DNA of 64,000 nucleotides from an uncultured Acidimicrobiia bacterium (GCA_963786955.1 CAWBAT010000005.1:1312001-1376000), one strand, 5' to 3'; counted from the first letter of the stretch, positions 50,597 through 60,851 are shown. Program-made: numbers and translations. Notes: generated by a model from the sequence alone, not told the origin.

Positions 50597-52960
50597 CTAC
50601 TCTTTGGTTTGCGGCAATGCAAAACTGTAAATGACACGGCCCGCAGAGATCGCTACATATTGGCGTCCTCCGACGGCATAGCTCATCGGAGATGAGTGGA
50701 TTGGTGCCCCGGTTTGGAATCTCCAAAGCAACCGACCATTGCGGGAATCGAGTGCAGTTAAGTGGCCGTCGCGGTTGGCAGCGAAGAGAACTCCACCGCC
50801 GGTAGCCAAGACTCCAGCGGAATTGGTTCCAATAAAGAATTTGTATTCCCACTCAATGTCCCCGTTCTCCGGATTAATAGCTTTCACACCTCCCCATTCA
50901 CGTTCTTGGAGTGGGACAAACTTCCCCCCCCAACAAGCCTTCCCAACAGGACAATCCGCCGCCTCTTTGAAGTAACGGTCCCCTGTCTCCCTGAAAGTCA
51001 GATAGAGCCAGCCGGTTGATGGGTCGTAGGAGGGCGCCTGCCAGTTTGTCGCCCCGGCCACCCCGGGATAATTAGGCTGGCCTTCCACACTGGATTCGAA
51101 GCCAGGCTCCAAGATTGGTTTACCTTGTTCATCCAGCCCCTTGGCCCAGCTTTGCCGGGCAAAAGGTCTACCAAGCAGAAACTTGCCGGTTACCCGGTCG
51201 AGGACATAAAAGAAGGCGTTTCGGTCAGCGTGGAGGAGTAGTTTCCTCGGCTTGCCCTGGAACACTCGATCCACTAGAACCGGTGTTTCGTTGGAATCCC
51301 AGTCGTGAGTGTCATGCGGAGTGAATTGGAAATACCATTTGAGTTTTCCTGTCTCGGCCTCCAAGGCAACCATAGAACAGGTGAAGAGATTATCTCCCTT
51401 ACGGAGATCGCCATTAAGATCAGGAGAAGGGTTCCCGATGCCCCAATAAAGCATGTCCAGGTCGGGGTCGTAGGTTCCTGTCATCCAGGTCGAGCCTCCG
51501 CCTCGCTTCCAGCTATCCCCCTCCCAAGTCTCGTGACCTAGCTCTCCTGGCCCGGGCACAGTCTGAAACCTCCAGATTCGTTTTCCGGAAGCCGGGTCGT
51601 AGGCATCGATGAATCCGCGAATTCCAAATTCGGCGCTTGAAATCCCACAGATAATCTTATCTTTGAGCGCGAGAGGAGCGACAGTCGCACCATATCCTTC
51701 CAGTACGTCTGCCATTTCCGTCTCCCAAAGCAAGCGGCCTGTCTTAGTGTCCAGAGCGACAAGATACGCATCAATTGTGCTAAAGAACACTCTTTCTCCG
51801 AGAATGGCCACTCCACGATTAACGTTGTCCGCAACCGTCGGCTTATTCCCCTTAATGCGATGTTGATACTGCCAAATGAGGTTCCCGGAGGCAGCGTCCA
51901 GAGCAAAGACATGACCGGAAGGCCCAATAGCATAAAGGATACCATCCACGACCAGAGGAGTTGCTTCTAACACTCCTGTCCCTGGAAACTGGTAGGCCCA
52001 GGCTGCTTGTAACGAATGGACATTCTGTCGACTGATTTGACTGAGCGGCGCGTAATGCCTCCCTTGATAATCTCCCCAGTAGGTCAGCCAATTCTGCGGT
52101 TCTCGATTGGCGTTTCTCAGGCGTTCAAAACTCAGGCCTTTTTCCAGGGGTACCCTGGCGACTTGGGTCAAATCGCGCTGGCGAAGAGTCTTCAAATAAG
52201 CGATTAAGTTCTGCAATTCGTCCGGGGGTAAGCGATTGCCATAGTCTGATGGCATCAGCGATTCCGATGCATAGGTGAGGCTCGCCAAATCCTTCTTCTG
52301 AAACAAGTGAATCTGATCGTGTTCGTCCATGAGTTGAATGGAAAAAGTGTCTTCGTTCCGGCGAACACCACGAATATCCTGTCCGTCATTGGTCTTAATT
52401 GTGATGACTTCGGGTCGCTGGGTGGCGCGACTGTTTGGATGGATAATCGCATCGCGCAAACCTCGCGAAGTCCATAGACCCACCGTTGACAAGTCAGGGC
52501 CAACTCGACCACCACGCCCGTTGATCTGATGACAACGCCCGCAATTGGCTTTGCCTGAAAAAATTTTCTCTCCTGCAATCGGATCACCGGGTACTTGTTC
52601 TTCCTCCCCGGAGGGGTTCAAAGTGTGCAAATAACTCACGAGTTCCCAGATCTGGTCTTGACTTAATTCAAATGGAGGCATCGGAGTGCCTGGAATTCCC
52701 TGCCGAATGGTTTGATACAGCGGCCAGTCTTCCTTGCCAGACTTGAGATTTGGGCTGGCGAGTGAAGGCCCTCTGCCTCCCAGGCCATCACCGCCATGGC
52801 ATGCTTGGCAGTAATTTGAATACGACTTTTTGCCGGATTCAATAGCGTCCGGATGTCCTTCGAAAGGATTCTTATTCGACGTCTGTGCTAGACCCGGGGT
52901 GATTGAAAGAACGAGGGCGAGAAGGCTTTTCAAAACTGGGTTTTTGGAAGAAACCATCAA
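50597..52960 (-). CDS. PQQ-dependent dehydrogenase with two N-terminal c-type haem domains
   Basis: Signal peptide, CQACH, CGRCH, W-motif PQQ propeller, SAEFGIRG, YWGIGNP, TPHDTHDWD. Confidence 0.9.
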   Translation of the reverse strand: MMVSSKNPVLKSLLALVLSITPGLAQTSNKNPFEGHPDAIESGKKSYSNYCQACHGGDGLGGRGPSLASPNLKSGKEDWPLYQTIRQGIPGTPMPPFELSQDQIWELVSYLHTLNPSGEEEQVPGDPIAGEKIFSGKANCGRCHQINGRGGRVGPDLSTVGLWTSRGLRDAIIHPNSRATQRPEVITIKTNDGQDIRGVRRNEDTFSIQLMDEHDQIHLFQKKDLASLTYASESLMPSDYGNRLPPDELQNLIAYLKTLRQRDLTQVARVPLEKGLSFERLRNANREPQNWLTYWGDYQGRHYAPLSQISRQNVHSLQAAWAYQFPGTGVLEATPLVVDGILYAIGPSGHVFALDAASGNLIWQYQHRIKGNKPTVADNVNRGVAILGERVFFSTIDAYLVALDTKTGRLLWETEMADVLEGYGATVAPLALKDKIICGISSAEFGIRGFIDAYDPASGKRIWRFQTVPGPGELGHETWEGDSWKRGGGSTWMTGTYDPDLDMLYWGIGNPSPDLNGDLRKGDNLFTCSMVALEAETGKLKWYFQFTPHDTHDWDSNETPVLVDRVFQGKPRKLLLHADRNAFFYVLDRVTGKFLLGRPFARQSWAKGLDEQGKPILEPGFESSVEGQPNYPGVAGATNWQAPSYDPSTGWLYLTFRETGDRYFKEAADCPVGKACWGGKFVPLQEREWGGVKAINPENGDIEWEYKFFIGTNSAGVLATGGGVLFAANRDGHLTALDSRNGRLLWRFQTGAPIHSSPMSYAVGGRQYVAISAGRVIYSFALPQTKE

Positions 52961-53043
52961 GCTTCCCCTTTAAAATTTCGCTTGGGTGCGTCAAGTCCGG
53001 CGTTCGGCTGGCTTTTTTCGACTCCTTGCCGATACTCCTCTTT

Positions 53044-54045
53044 TCAGGGGCCGTCGGTTTCGAGGTTCTGAATGACTCTGCTCAACTCTTCAGCCGCCAC
53101 CGCATACGTTCCCGGATGACTGACTGCGAGGGCTGCCGCGAGGTTGGCGAGCAAAGCCGCATCATTTAAATCGGCATTGCAGGAGAGTGCAGCGGCCAGT
53201 GTGGCCAAAACCGTATCGCCTGCACCCGTAACGTTCTTGGGAGCCGTGCATAACGCGGGGAAGGATTGAGCAACCCCTGCAGCAGTGGAAACCGCCATCC
53301 CCTTTTCTGCGAGTGTCAACACAACGTTCAAGGACAAAATTTGCCCCAACTCCCGGGCTAATTCAAGACTCTCACTCGGGCAGGAAGAGCCAGTCCGCAG
53401 CTGGGAATACAGATTCTTGGCTTCGTCTAGATTTGGAGTGATGCAATGAAGGCTTCGCCATTGTCTGATATTTTGAGGCTTGATATCCCCCAAGATTCTT
53501 AGCCCCCTAGATCCCGCCATGGATTCCAGAGTATTCACAAAACCGTTCTTAAGCGTTCCTTTGTCATAATCAGACACTAAAAGGAGTTGAGATCTTTCCA
53601 TTGCCTCAGACAATGTTTGCGACAAGGCTTGAATCTGATGGCGATCCAGAGGCGTCGTGTCCTCCTCATCCAATCGAAGATAATAATGGCCGCTCGCTTG
53701 GACACGAGTTTTTCGTGAGGTTGGCGATTGGGTCCCTAAGGGATGAAATTCAATTCCCGCTTCCTCCACGAGGCGATGGAGTATTTCACCTTCTCTGTCG
53801 ATCCCGATCATTCCTACCAGAATTGTTTTGACTCCTAGTCGGGCTAGGTTATGCGCCACATTGGCGGCGCCTCCAAGGGCATGAGCCTGACCCGATATTT
53901 CCAAAAAAGGGACTGGGGCTTCGCTAGCTACCCCGACAGCCCGGCATTCCAAGTAGGTATCAAGAATGAGATCTCCGACAACAAGGACGTGAGCTTTTGG
54001 GAACCCCTCGACGAGCCGCAGAAGTTTTTGAGTGAGAATAGACAT
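53044..54045 (-). CDS. Heptose-7-phosphate kinase (HldA / HldE domain I, PfkB family)
   Basis: VVGDLILD, SEAPVP, GGAANVA, SDYDKG, TPN..E, VTGAGDT. Confidence 0.8.
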   Translation of the reverse strand: MSILTQKLLRLVEGFPKAHVLVVGDLILDTYLECRAVGVASEAPVPFLEISGQAHALGGAANVAHNLARLGVKTILVGMIGIDREGEILHRLVEEAGIEFHPLGTQSPTSRKTRVQASGHYYLRLDEEDTTPLDRHQIQALSQTLSEAMERSQLLLVSDYDKGTLKNGFVNTLESMAGSRGLRILGDIKPQNIRQWRSLHCITPNLDEAKNLYSQLRTGSSCPSESLELARELGQILSLNVVLTLAEKGMAVSTAAGVAQSFPALCTAPKNVTGAGDTVLATLAAALSCNADLNDAALLANLAAALAVSHPGTYAVAAEELSRVIQNLETDGP

Positions 54046-54054
54046 TGAGACCTG

Positions 54055-55584
54055 TCAGCTAAGAGGGTGTGCGAATTGCTTCTCTAATAACTCACAAATG
54101 ATGTGAACCACTGCCAGATGTGACTCCTGGATGCGTGGGGTATTGTCCGAGGGAACACGGATGCAGATGTCGCATAATCGTGGAAATTCACCGGCAGTAT
54201 TGCCTGTGAAGCCAACCGTGCGGGCGCCCTTAGTCTTTGCCAGTTCCAGGGCCAGCACGACATTTTTGGATTTGCCGCTGGTTGAGAAAGCCACGACCAG
54301 ATCTCCTGCCTTGACGAATGCGTCCACCTGCCTGGCAAACGTGTTCTCGTAACCATAATCATTGGCGATGGAAGTCATTAAGATTTCATTGGCGGAAAAG
54401 GAAACCGCAGGGAAAGCCTTCCGCTCGATTTGGAATCTTCCAACCAGTTCCGTGATGAAATGGTTGGCATCAGCCGCACTTCCCCCATTTCCAAAGGAAT
54501 AAACCGTTTTTTCATTCTGGTAGGTGTGGATAATGGTCTTCACCAAGTCTTCGATCGCGGGCAACTGTTCTTGAAGCAATCGCTGTTTGACGCTCATACT
54601 CTCCATGAGCAGGTGACTAATTTCGTAATGAAATAGATTCATTAGTTCCCCAGGAGTAACATAGGCAATTCCCGGCTTGGCGACGACAATGCCAGCGGCT
54701 TTGTTGGCCAGTTCAGCCGCTTCGATCAATGGGATACCTGCCGCCAGGCAAAGGGCCAGAACCGCAGTGACGCTATCTCCTGCGCCAACTCGGTCGGCCA
54801 AGGGAACACGCGTTGCGAGGATTTTCTGAGCCGGCTTCGTTCCTTCCAGAATCAACATTCCCTCAGCTCCCTGTGTGATCAGGACATCGGACTCGAGCTG
54901 ACTGCGCAACACGTCTCCCGCTTCTTCCACGGTCCGGGCCGATTTCCCTAGGATTTGAGCCGCTTGCAAACTTTCATCTGCATTGAACGTGTAGAGAGCG
55001 GCTTTCCCGTACCAGGAAACATGGTTGGGATTCGCATCAATAAAGAGCTTGAGTTCTTTTGCCCGAGAGAGGTGCCCGAGAGTTTCTATGAGTCGTTGAT
55101 TGACAAAACCATATCCCTGGTCATACACGACTAGAACTTTCCCTTGGATTTCGCCTGCGTCCTTCAGCTCTAATACGGGAGGCAAAGACGGGATTTCCGC
55201 GGGATCCATGGTTCGATGGAACATTTGCAGGAGTTGTTGGTTTGCCGCGAAAATGCGATATTTTTCCGGCAACCGGTAATTGGAGGGGGCCAGGTTCAGT
55301 AATTTAATGTTCTCACTCGGCAATTCCCGCGCCATCTCTTGAGAAAGGGGATCATCGCCAAAAAGGCCAAGGAGCAAGGCTTTACCCCCCAAAGAGGAAA
55401 TATTCTTTGCGACGTTGGCTGCGCCGCCCGGGACCGTTCGTCTGGAATTAATTTTAACAACAGGAACGGGGGCTTCTGGGGACAATCGCGTCACATTCCC
55501 GTATAGTTCCCGGTCAAGGTACGTATCCCCGGTGACAAGGATAGATTGAGACGCAAACTGATCAACGATATCTTGAACGAACAC
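54055..55584 (-). CDS. Fusion of HldE-type kinase domain and sedoheptulose-7-phosphate isomerase (GmhA)
   Basis: N-terminal RLSPEAPVPVV, GGAANVA, GAGDSV; C-terminal FGNGGSAADA.H, NDYG, STSGKSKNV, RIQESH. Confidence 0.85.
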   Translation of the reverse strand: MFVQDIVDQFASQSILVTGDTYLDRELYGNVTRLSPEAPVPVVKINSRRTVPGGAANVAKNISSLGGKALLLGLFGDDPLSQEMARELPSENIKLLNLAPSNYRLPEKYRIFAANQQLLQMFHRTMDPAEIPSLPPVLELKDAGEIQGKVLVVYDQGYGFVNQRLIETLGHLSRAKELKLFIDANPNHVSWYGKAALYTFNADESLQAAQILGKSARTVEEAGDVLRSQLESDVLITQGAEGMLILEGTKPAQKILATRVPLADRVGAGDSVTAVLALCLAAGIPLIEAAELANKAAGIVVAKPGIAYVTPGELMNLFHYEISHLLMESMSVKQRLLQEQLPAIEDLVKTIIHTYQNEKTVYSFGNGGSAADANHFITELVGRFQIERKAFPAVSFSANEILMTSIANDYGYENTFARQVDAFVKAGDLVVAFSTSGKSKNVVLALELAKTKGARTVGFTGNTAGEFPRLCDICIRVPSDNTPRIQESHLAVVHIICELLEKQFAHPLS

Positions 55585-55786
55585 TTATGATTACCCTGAA
55601 ATTCGAATTTTAGGACGTTTTCGAAGTTCTATTCTAGCGCAACTTTTCGGGTTCCTCGATGCCTTTCTTTTCAATCAAAAACGTCCACGATAAGGTCACA
55701 TCACAGGGGGGCCGCCGCGGACGGTCAAGCAGTGGTGGTCACGGAGAGTGTTTTTCTCGCCGTGGGCTTTTCCGCACTGTCGGAAC

Positions 55787-55827
55787 ATAGCCACAACAAA
55801 TTTAGAAAGCGAATTTGTCGTGGCTAT
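55787..55827. repeat. 16-bp inverted repeat in a divergent intergenic region
   Basis: ATAGCCACAACAAATT .. AATTTGTCGTGGCTAT (one mismatch). Confidence 0.6.
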
Positions 55828-55959
55828 CCAATGAGTATGATATGTCAGCAGAACATATGACTTTGCGGAATTGAATTTTCTTGTCGCTGTTGGGCTCACT
55901 CTGTTAGAGTCACTGGTTTCTCGAACCTCAATCCGTGTGGATTTCGGAAGAACCAGATC

Positions 55960-56688
55960 ATGAAGCTTAAGGACAAAATTGCCATTGTCACGGGTGCTGG
56001 GACCGGTATCGGCAGAGCGATTGCCATCTCATTTGCGCAAGAAGGGGCGGCTGTTGTCCTGGCAGGCCGGACGGAAGAACGATTGCTCGGCGTGGCGAAC
56101 GAAATTAAGAGTTCGGGGGGAGATGCCTTTCCTCTGCGCGCCGACGTTTCCAACCCTGCAGAAGTTCAGCACTTGGTAGAATCGGCCGCGCGCCATTACG
56201 GGAAGATCAATATTTTGGTCAACAACGCCGGGGTCTTCATATACAAGAATCTTATGGAGCTGACGATCCGCGAATGGGACGAGACGATTAACACCAATCT
56301 AAAAGGGATCTTTCTTTGCTGTCAGGCCGTATTGCCAAGCATGATCCAACAGAAGCAAGGGAATATCATTAATATCTCATCGATTCACGGCAAAATCGGA
56401 GATGCAAATCTGGCGGCGCATTGTGCTTCAAAATTTGGCGTCATCGGATTGACTCAAGCGTTGGCCAAGGAAGTCATCGAGCACAATATCAATGTGAATG
56501 TCATTTGTCCGGGTCAAGTCAGTTCCCGCTGGGTTGAGGAAGAGACATCCGCGGTGGCTCCCCTTTTAACCCATTTGAGGCCCACCGATGTGGCTGGGGT
56601 TGCTGTCTTTCTGGCTTCGCCGGATTCGGCCATCATGACTGGGGCCGTCATTGACGTCTTTGGAGGCACAACGGTGAAGATTCATTAA
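55960..56688 (+). CDS. SDR family oxidoreductase
   Basis: TGAGTGIG, NNAG, NISS; HCASK in place of YxxxK. Confidence 0.88.
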   Translation: MKLKDKIAIVTGAGTGIGRAIAISFAQEGAAVVLAGRTEERLLGVANEIKSSGGDAFPLRADVSNPAEVQHLVESAARHYGKINILVNNAGVFIYKNLMELTIREWDETINTNLKGIFLCCQAVLPSMIQQKQGNIINISSIHGKIGDANLAAHCASKFGVIGLTQALAKEVIEHNINVNVICPGQVSSRWVEEETSAVAPLLTHLRPTDVAGVAVFLASPDSAIMTGAVIDVFGGTTVKIH

Positions 56689-56736
56689 CGAACAAACTTT
56701 GGACCGCCGGTCGATAAGAATGGGCTCACTTCCCTC

Positions 56737-57921
56737 ATGACAAAAAAATCTCCTCTGGTCATCATTTTTGTAACCGTTTTGTTAGATCTGATTGGGTTCG
56801 GAATTATTTTGCCCATGCTCCCTTTTTATGCGAAGAGCTATGGAGCCACCGCGTTGCATGTAGGCCTGCTCTCGACTTCCTATTCCTTAATGCAACTGCT
56901 TTTTGCACCGGTGTGGGGGCGTTGGTCCGACAGAATAGGGCGTCGTCCCATTATTTTGTTGGGGCTGTTCGGATCGGGACTCTCCTATCTTGTTTTTGGG
57001 CTCGCGGACTCTTTAATGATCCTGTTTGTGTCCAGAATCTGTGCGGGAATAGCCGGAGCGAATATCTCAACGGCCCAGGCCTACATTGCCGATTCAACCA
57101 GCAGTGAGAATCGTGCAAAGGGAATGGGGCTTATTGGAGCGGCCTACGGCCTTGGATTTATTATTGGGCCCGCCATCGGGGGCATTCTCAGCAAATACAG
57201 TTATAGTACCCCTGCTTTTTTCGCTTCCGGACTCGCGTTTGTGAATTGCCTGGCGGCTTTTTGGCTTCTTCCGGAATCTTTGAATCCGGCGGCTCGTAGC
57301 CATCACCCGGGAAGAGAGTTAAATTGGGGGAATCTGAAAAGCGGGCTGCGCCATCCTGAAATGGGCGTTTTTCTGATCTTGTTCTTTATCTCTACCTTCG
57401 CTTTCGCAAACCTGGAGGCGACTTTCGCATTGATGACCGCGAAGAAGTTTGGTTTCGATGCCCATCAGAATGGATACTTGTTTGCCTACATTGGAATTTT
57501 GATCACGGTGATGCAAGGTGGATTAATCGGTTACCTTGTCCGAATCTTTGGAGAAAGAAAGTTGGTCGCGTCTGGGTTGTTCTGTATGATATTTGGCCTC
57601 AGCCTGTTACCCTATTCGACAAATCTGAGGATGTTATTGCTGGTCCTGGTTATCCTGACATTTGGGAATGGCGCGACCAATCCCTCGATTTCGAGTCTAA
57701 TCTCTCGGGCTGCCGGTCCGGAGGATCAGGGCGGCATTTTGGGAGTTGCACAATCTATGGCGAGCTTGGGGAGGATCGTCGGCCCGATTTGGGGTGGATT
57801 TGTTTTTGATGCCTTTGGTTATCAATATCCTTATCTAACAGGCGGAATCTTTATGGCGTTGGCGTTTGGTCTCAGCTTGAGCACGCTCAAACCGAAAGTA
57901 CTTACCCGGGGGATGGCATGA
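56737..57921 (+). CDS. MFS transporter (TetA/DHA1-like)
   Basis: GRWSDRIGRRP motif A, GFIIGPAIGG motif C, about 12 TMs. Confidence 0.9.
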   Translation: MTKKSPLVIIFVTVLLDLIGFGIILPMLPFYAKSYGATALHVGLLSTSYSLMQLLFAPVWGRWSDRIGRRPIILLGLFGSGLSYLVFGLADSLMILFVSRICAGIAGANISTAQAYIADSTSSENRAKGMGLIGAAYGLGFIIGPAIGGILSKYSYSTPAFFASGLAFVNCLAAFWLLPESLNPAARSHHPGRELNWGNLKSGLRHPEMGVFLILFFISTFAFANLEATFALMTAKKFGFDAHQNGYLFAYIGILITVMQGGLIGYLVRIFGERKLVASGLFCMIFGLSLLPYSTNLRMLLLVLVILTFGNGATNPSISSLISRAAGPEDQGGILGVAQSMASLGRIVGPIWGGFVFDAFGYQYPYLTGGIFMALAFGLSLSTLKPKVLTRGMA

Positions 57922-58871
57922 CGCTGAATTTGATGTTTCATGATAACTGTTTTGATGGCACCGCGTCCGCCGCGGTCTTTCTCCGATTTTTCCTGGAGAA
58001 TATCCGCCCCCATGCGGATGTCACTTTGATCGGGATGGCTCACCAGGCAGGTCCGCAGTTCCATGATGGATTGTTTAGTGCGGAAGAAAACGCGATTGTT
58101 GATTTCAAGTATGCCAGCACCGATCGCCTGACCTGGTGGTTTGACCATCATCACAGCGCCTTTCTAACCCCCCATGATGAAAGCCATTTCCTCAAGGATC
58201 ATACGGGTAAAAAATTCTATGATCCTTCATTCAAGTCGTGCACGAAACTCATCGCTTCAGTTACGGCGAAGCAGTTTTCTTTTCAGGCCAGCACTCTCGT
58301 TGAGCTGATTCACTGGGCAGACATTATCGATGGAGCTCTCTACCAAGACGCCAAGACTGCGGTCGAGATTGAAGAACCCGCTCAGAAGCTGGCTACAGTG
58401 ATCGAGGCGACGCGTGAGCCGGAGTTCATTCATCGCCTGATCCGCCAGCTCGCATTTCATCCTCTGAACCAGGTTGCAACCCAAAGAGCCGTCACGGATC
58501 GATTTGAGCCTTTAATCGAACTCCATCAGAAGAACATTGGTATCATCCGGGAAAACGCCCATTCTTCCAACGGCGTCATGTACTTTGATCTCACGGGGTA
58601 CCAGCTGGAAGGGTATAACAAATTCATCCCCTACTATCTTTATCCGGAGATTCGCTATTCTGTGAGCCTGCTCCGGAGTTCGAAACGCGTCAAAGTCAGT
58701 GTCGGATGGAATCCGTGGAGTACAGCCAAGCGCGAACACAACCTTGCCGCTCTATGTGAGAGGTATGGGGGTGGAGGACACCCGGTCGTGGCGGCTATTT
58801 CCTTTGAACCTTATGCAGAAGAGCAAGCGCGAACCGCAGCTCACGAAATTGTCGCGGAATTGAGGCGATAA
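57918..58871 (+). CDS. DHH family phosphoesterase
   Basis: FHDNCFDG, IVDF, WFDHH, C-terminal GGGHP. Confidence 0.8.
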   Translation: MTLNLMFHDNCFDGTASAAVFLRFFLENIRPHADVTLIGMAHQAGPQFHDGLFSAEENAIVDFKYASTDRLTWWFDHHHSAFLTPHDESHFLKDHTGKKFYDPSFKSCTKLIASVTAKQFSFQASTLVELIHWADIIDGALYQDAKTAVEIEEPAQKLATVIEATREPEFIHRLIRQLAFHPLNQVATQRAVTDRFEPLIELHQKNIGIIRENAHSSNGVMYFDLTGYQLEGYNKFIPYYLYPEIRYSVSLLRSSKRVKVSVGWNPWSTAKREHNLAALCERYGGGGHPVVAAISFEPYAEEQARTAAHEIVAELRR

Positions 58872-59000
58872 TCTCCCATGCCGCTCGAAGCCGGTGGAGT
58901 GTGCCTCCAAGCCCTTCATCTGCAGAATCCCATTCTTTGGTTCAGTCCCGATTCCTGATTTCCGAGATTGAAGTTGCATTAATCAGTCCCCGATTTCATA

Positions 59001-59969
59001 ATGCCGCAGATGAGCCGATACCCTTACCAGCCCATTGATTCCTCCGCCATCCGCACCCGCCCCGCCGCCGATAGGCTGACCAAGGTCTCAGCCGCTGGAT
59101 TTGCAAGGGTCTATCAAAAAGGAAGCGGCGTTTCCGGTCTTATCGACACACTGCCCGGAATTCTTGCGGGCAGTTCCTTCCGGAAAGTTATCGAAGCGCT
59201 GCGATCGGCCAGAGCTCACAGCCGGGTAATCATTTGGGGGCTTGGAGCCCACGTCATCAAATGCGGACTCAATCCCGTCTTGATTGATTTGATGCGGCGG
59301 GGCTATGTCAATGCAGTGGCCTTGAACGGTGCGGGCGCCATTCACGACTTGGAAATCGGTATGACAGGCGCCACTTCGGAAGACGTTGAGAAGGAACTGG
59401 AAAGCGGGCAGTTCGGAATGGTTCAGGAAACCCCTCTCTGGATGAATGAAGCGATCCGGAGTGGGAGTGTGCAAGATCTTGGCATGGGGGAATCCCTGGG
59501 TGGCTACGTTCTCGAACATCAGGATCACTTCCCGCATCGGGCTGTAAGCCTTCTGGCGAATGCCTACGAGCTTCGCATACCGGTTACGATTCATGTCGCA
59601 ATTGGGACCGATACCATTCACAATCATCCTTCCACGGATGGTGCCACTCTGGGCAAGACCAGTCTCCAGGATTTTCGCTTATTCACGGCGATCGTCCGAG
59701 ATCTCGATGAGGGGGGAGTCTACCTCAATTGTGGGTCTGCAGTGATCCTGCCGGAGGTATTCTTAAAAGCGGTCAGCCTGGTGCGGAACTTAGGGGATCC
59801 GCTTGGAAATTTTACAACCGTCAATCTGGATTTCTTTCAGCACTACCGTCCATACCAGAATGTTCTGAGACGTCCTACTATCCAATCGGGCCAGGGGATC
59901 TCCCTGACCGGACACCACGAAATCCTTTTACCTTTACTGGCAGCGGCTCTGATTGAGTCTGAAACTTGA
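59001..59969 (+). CDS. Conserved hypothetical protein, possibly deoxyhypusine-synthase-like fold
   Basis: GAHVIKCGL, NGAGAIHD, HVAIGTD, GSAVILPEVFLK, GHHEIL; in operon with its neighbours. Confidence 0.6.
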   Translation: MPQMSRYPYQPIDSSAIRTRPAADRLTKVSAAGFARVYQKGSGVSGLIDTLPGILAGSSFRKVIEALRSARAHSRVIIWGLGAHVIKCGLNPVLIDLMRRGYVNAVALNGAGAIHDLEIGMTGATSEDVEKELESGQFGMVQETPLWMNEAIRSGSVQDLGMGESLGGYVLEHQDHFPHRAVSLLANAYELRIPVTIHVAIGTDTIHNHPSTDGATLGKTSLQDFRLFTAIVRDLDEGGVYLNCGSAVILPEVFLKAVSLVRNLGDPLGNFTTVNLDFFQHYRPYQNVLRRPTIQSGQGISLTGHHEILLPLLAAALIESET

Positions 59970-60775
59970 TGAACGACAGCTTTGACTCCCCCCCGACGCA
60001 AGAACCATTTATCCCGCAGGCTGTTGTCAGCCTTCCAGCGAAAGCGTTTCCAGTCTGGTCCGGGTGGGATGTGATGTTTCTGTTTTTCTTTAGTTCTTTT
60101 TCTGCCATCGTTTTTGCCACCCTCGGAAATTCCATCAGCCATTTGCTCCAGATCAAGTTCTCTTTAGCCCGTGCGCTGCTGCATTCCGATAATGAAGGAA
60201 TTTATCTCATCTTCTACCAAGCCATCCTGGACGGAGTGATTCTACTCTTCATCTATTTCACCATCACTCTCAAATACAACTCCCCATTCTTAAAGTCTAT
60301 CAAATGGAAGTCGAGGCCTTCTCTTCGCCTTGCGCCGTTCTTTCCACTGGGGATCTTGCTTGCGCTGGCGGTTGTGGGTGTTTCCGCCCTTTTCCCGCCC
60401 CCAGCGGATCTACCCATTGAAAAATTGTTGAAGCAACCCTACGCCGCATTCTTTTTTGCCTCGCTTGGAATTGTTGTGGCACCTTTTGTCGAGGAGGTCG
60501 TTTTCCGAGGGTTTATCTTTCCGGTGGTGGAACGGCGGGTGGGAACTCTCGGGGGGATTGTTGCTACGGCGATACTTTTCACTGGGGTTCACGTCGCCCA
60601 GCTCTGGGGGAGCTGGCCTGCGATTGCCTTGATCGCAGTGGTCGGCCTGACCTTATCTCTCATCCGTGCCCAAACAGACTCTCTGTTTCCAAGCTTTATC
60701 GTCCACCTAGCCTACAACTCCACAATTTGTCTTCTGTTTCTTGTCGGAATTTTTGTGGGCGGATTTCCTGCCTAA
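59966..60775 (+). CDS. CPBP (Abi/CAAX) intramembrane metalloprotease
   Basis: APFVEEVVFRG, F..H, H..YN. Confidence 0.88.
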   Translation: MMNDSFDSPPTQEPFIPQAVVSLPAKAFPVWSGWDVMFLFFFSSFSAIVFATLGNSISHLLQIKFSLARALLHSDNEGIYLIFYQAILDGVILLFIYFTITLKYNSPFLKSIKWKSRPSLRLAPFFPLGILLALAVVGVSALFPPPADLPIEKLLKQPYAAFFFASLGIVVAPFVEEVVFRGFIFPVVERRVGTLGGIVATAILFTGVHVAQLWGSWPAIALIAVVGLTLSLIRAQTDSLFPSFIVHLAYNSTICLLFLVGIFVGGFPA

Positions 60776-60851
60776 GAAGCTTAACTGAAGAAAAATTGAA
60801 TTCGTAGCGCGTATTTGCTTTCTGAGTCTGCGGCTGGAGTTTGAACAATTG

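Noticed and set aside
52960-53046. UGA read-through fusing the heptose kinase to the PQQ enzyme
   Set aside because: The frames differ and another stop follows; the kinase domain is already complete
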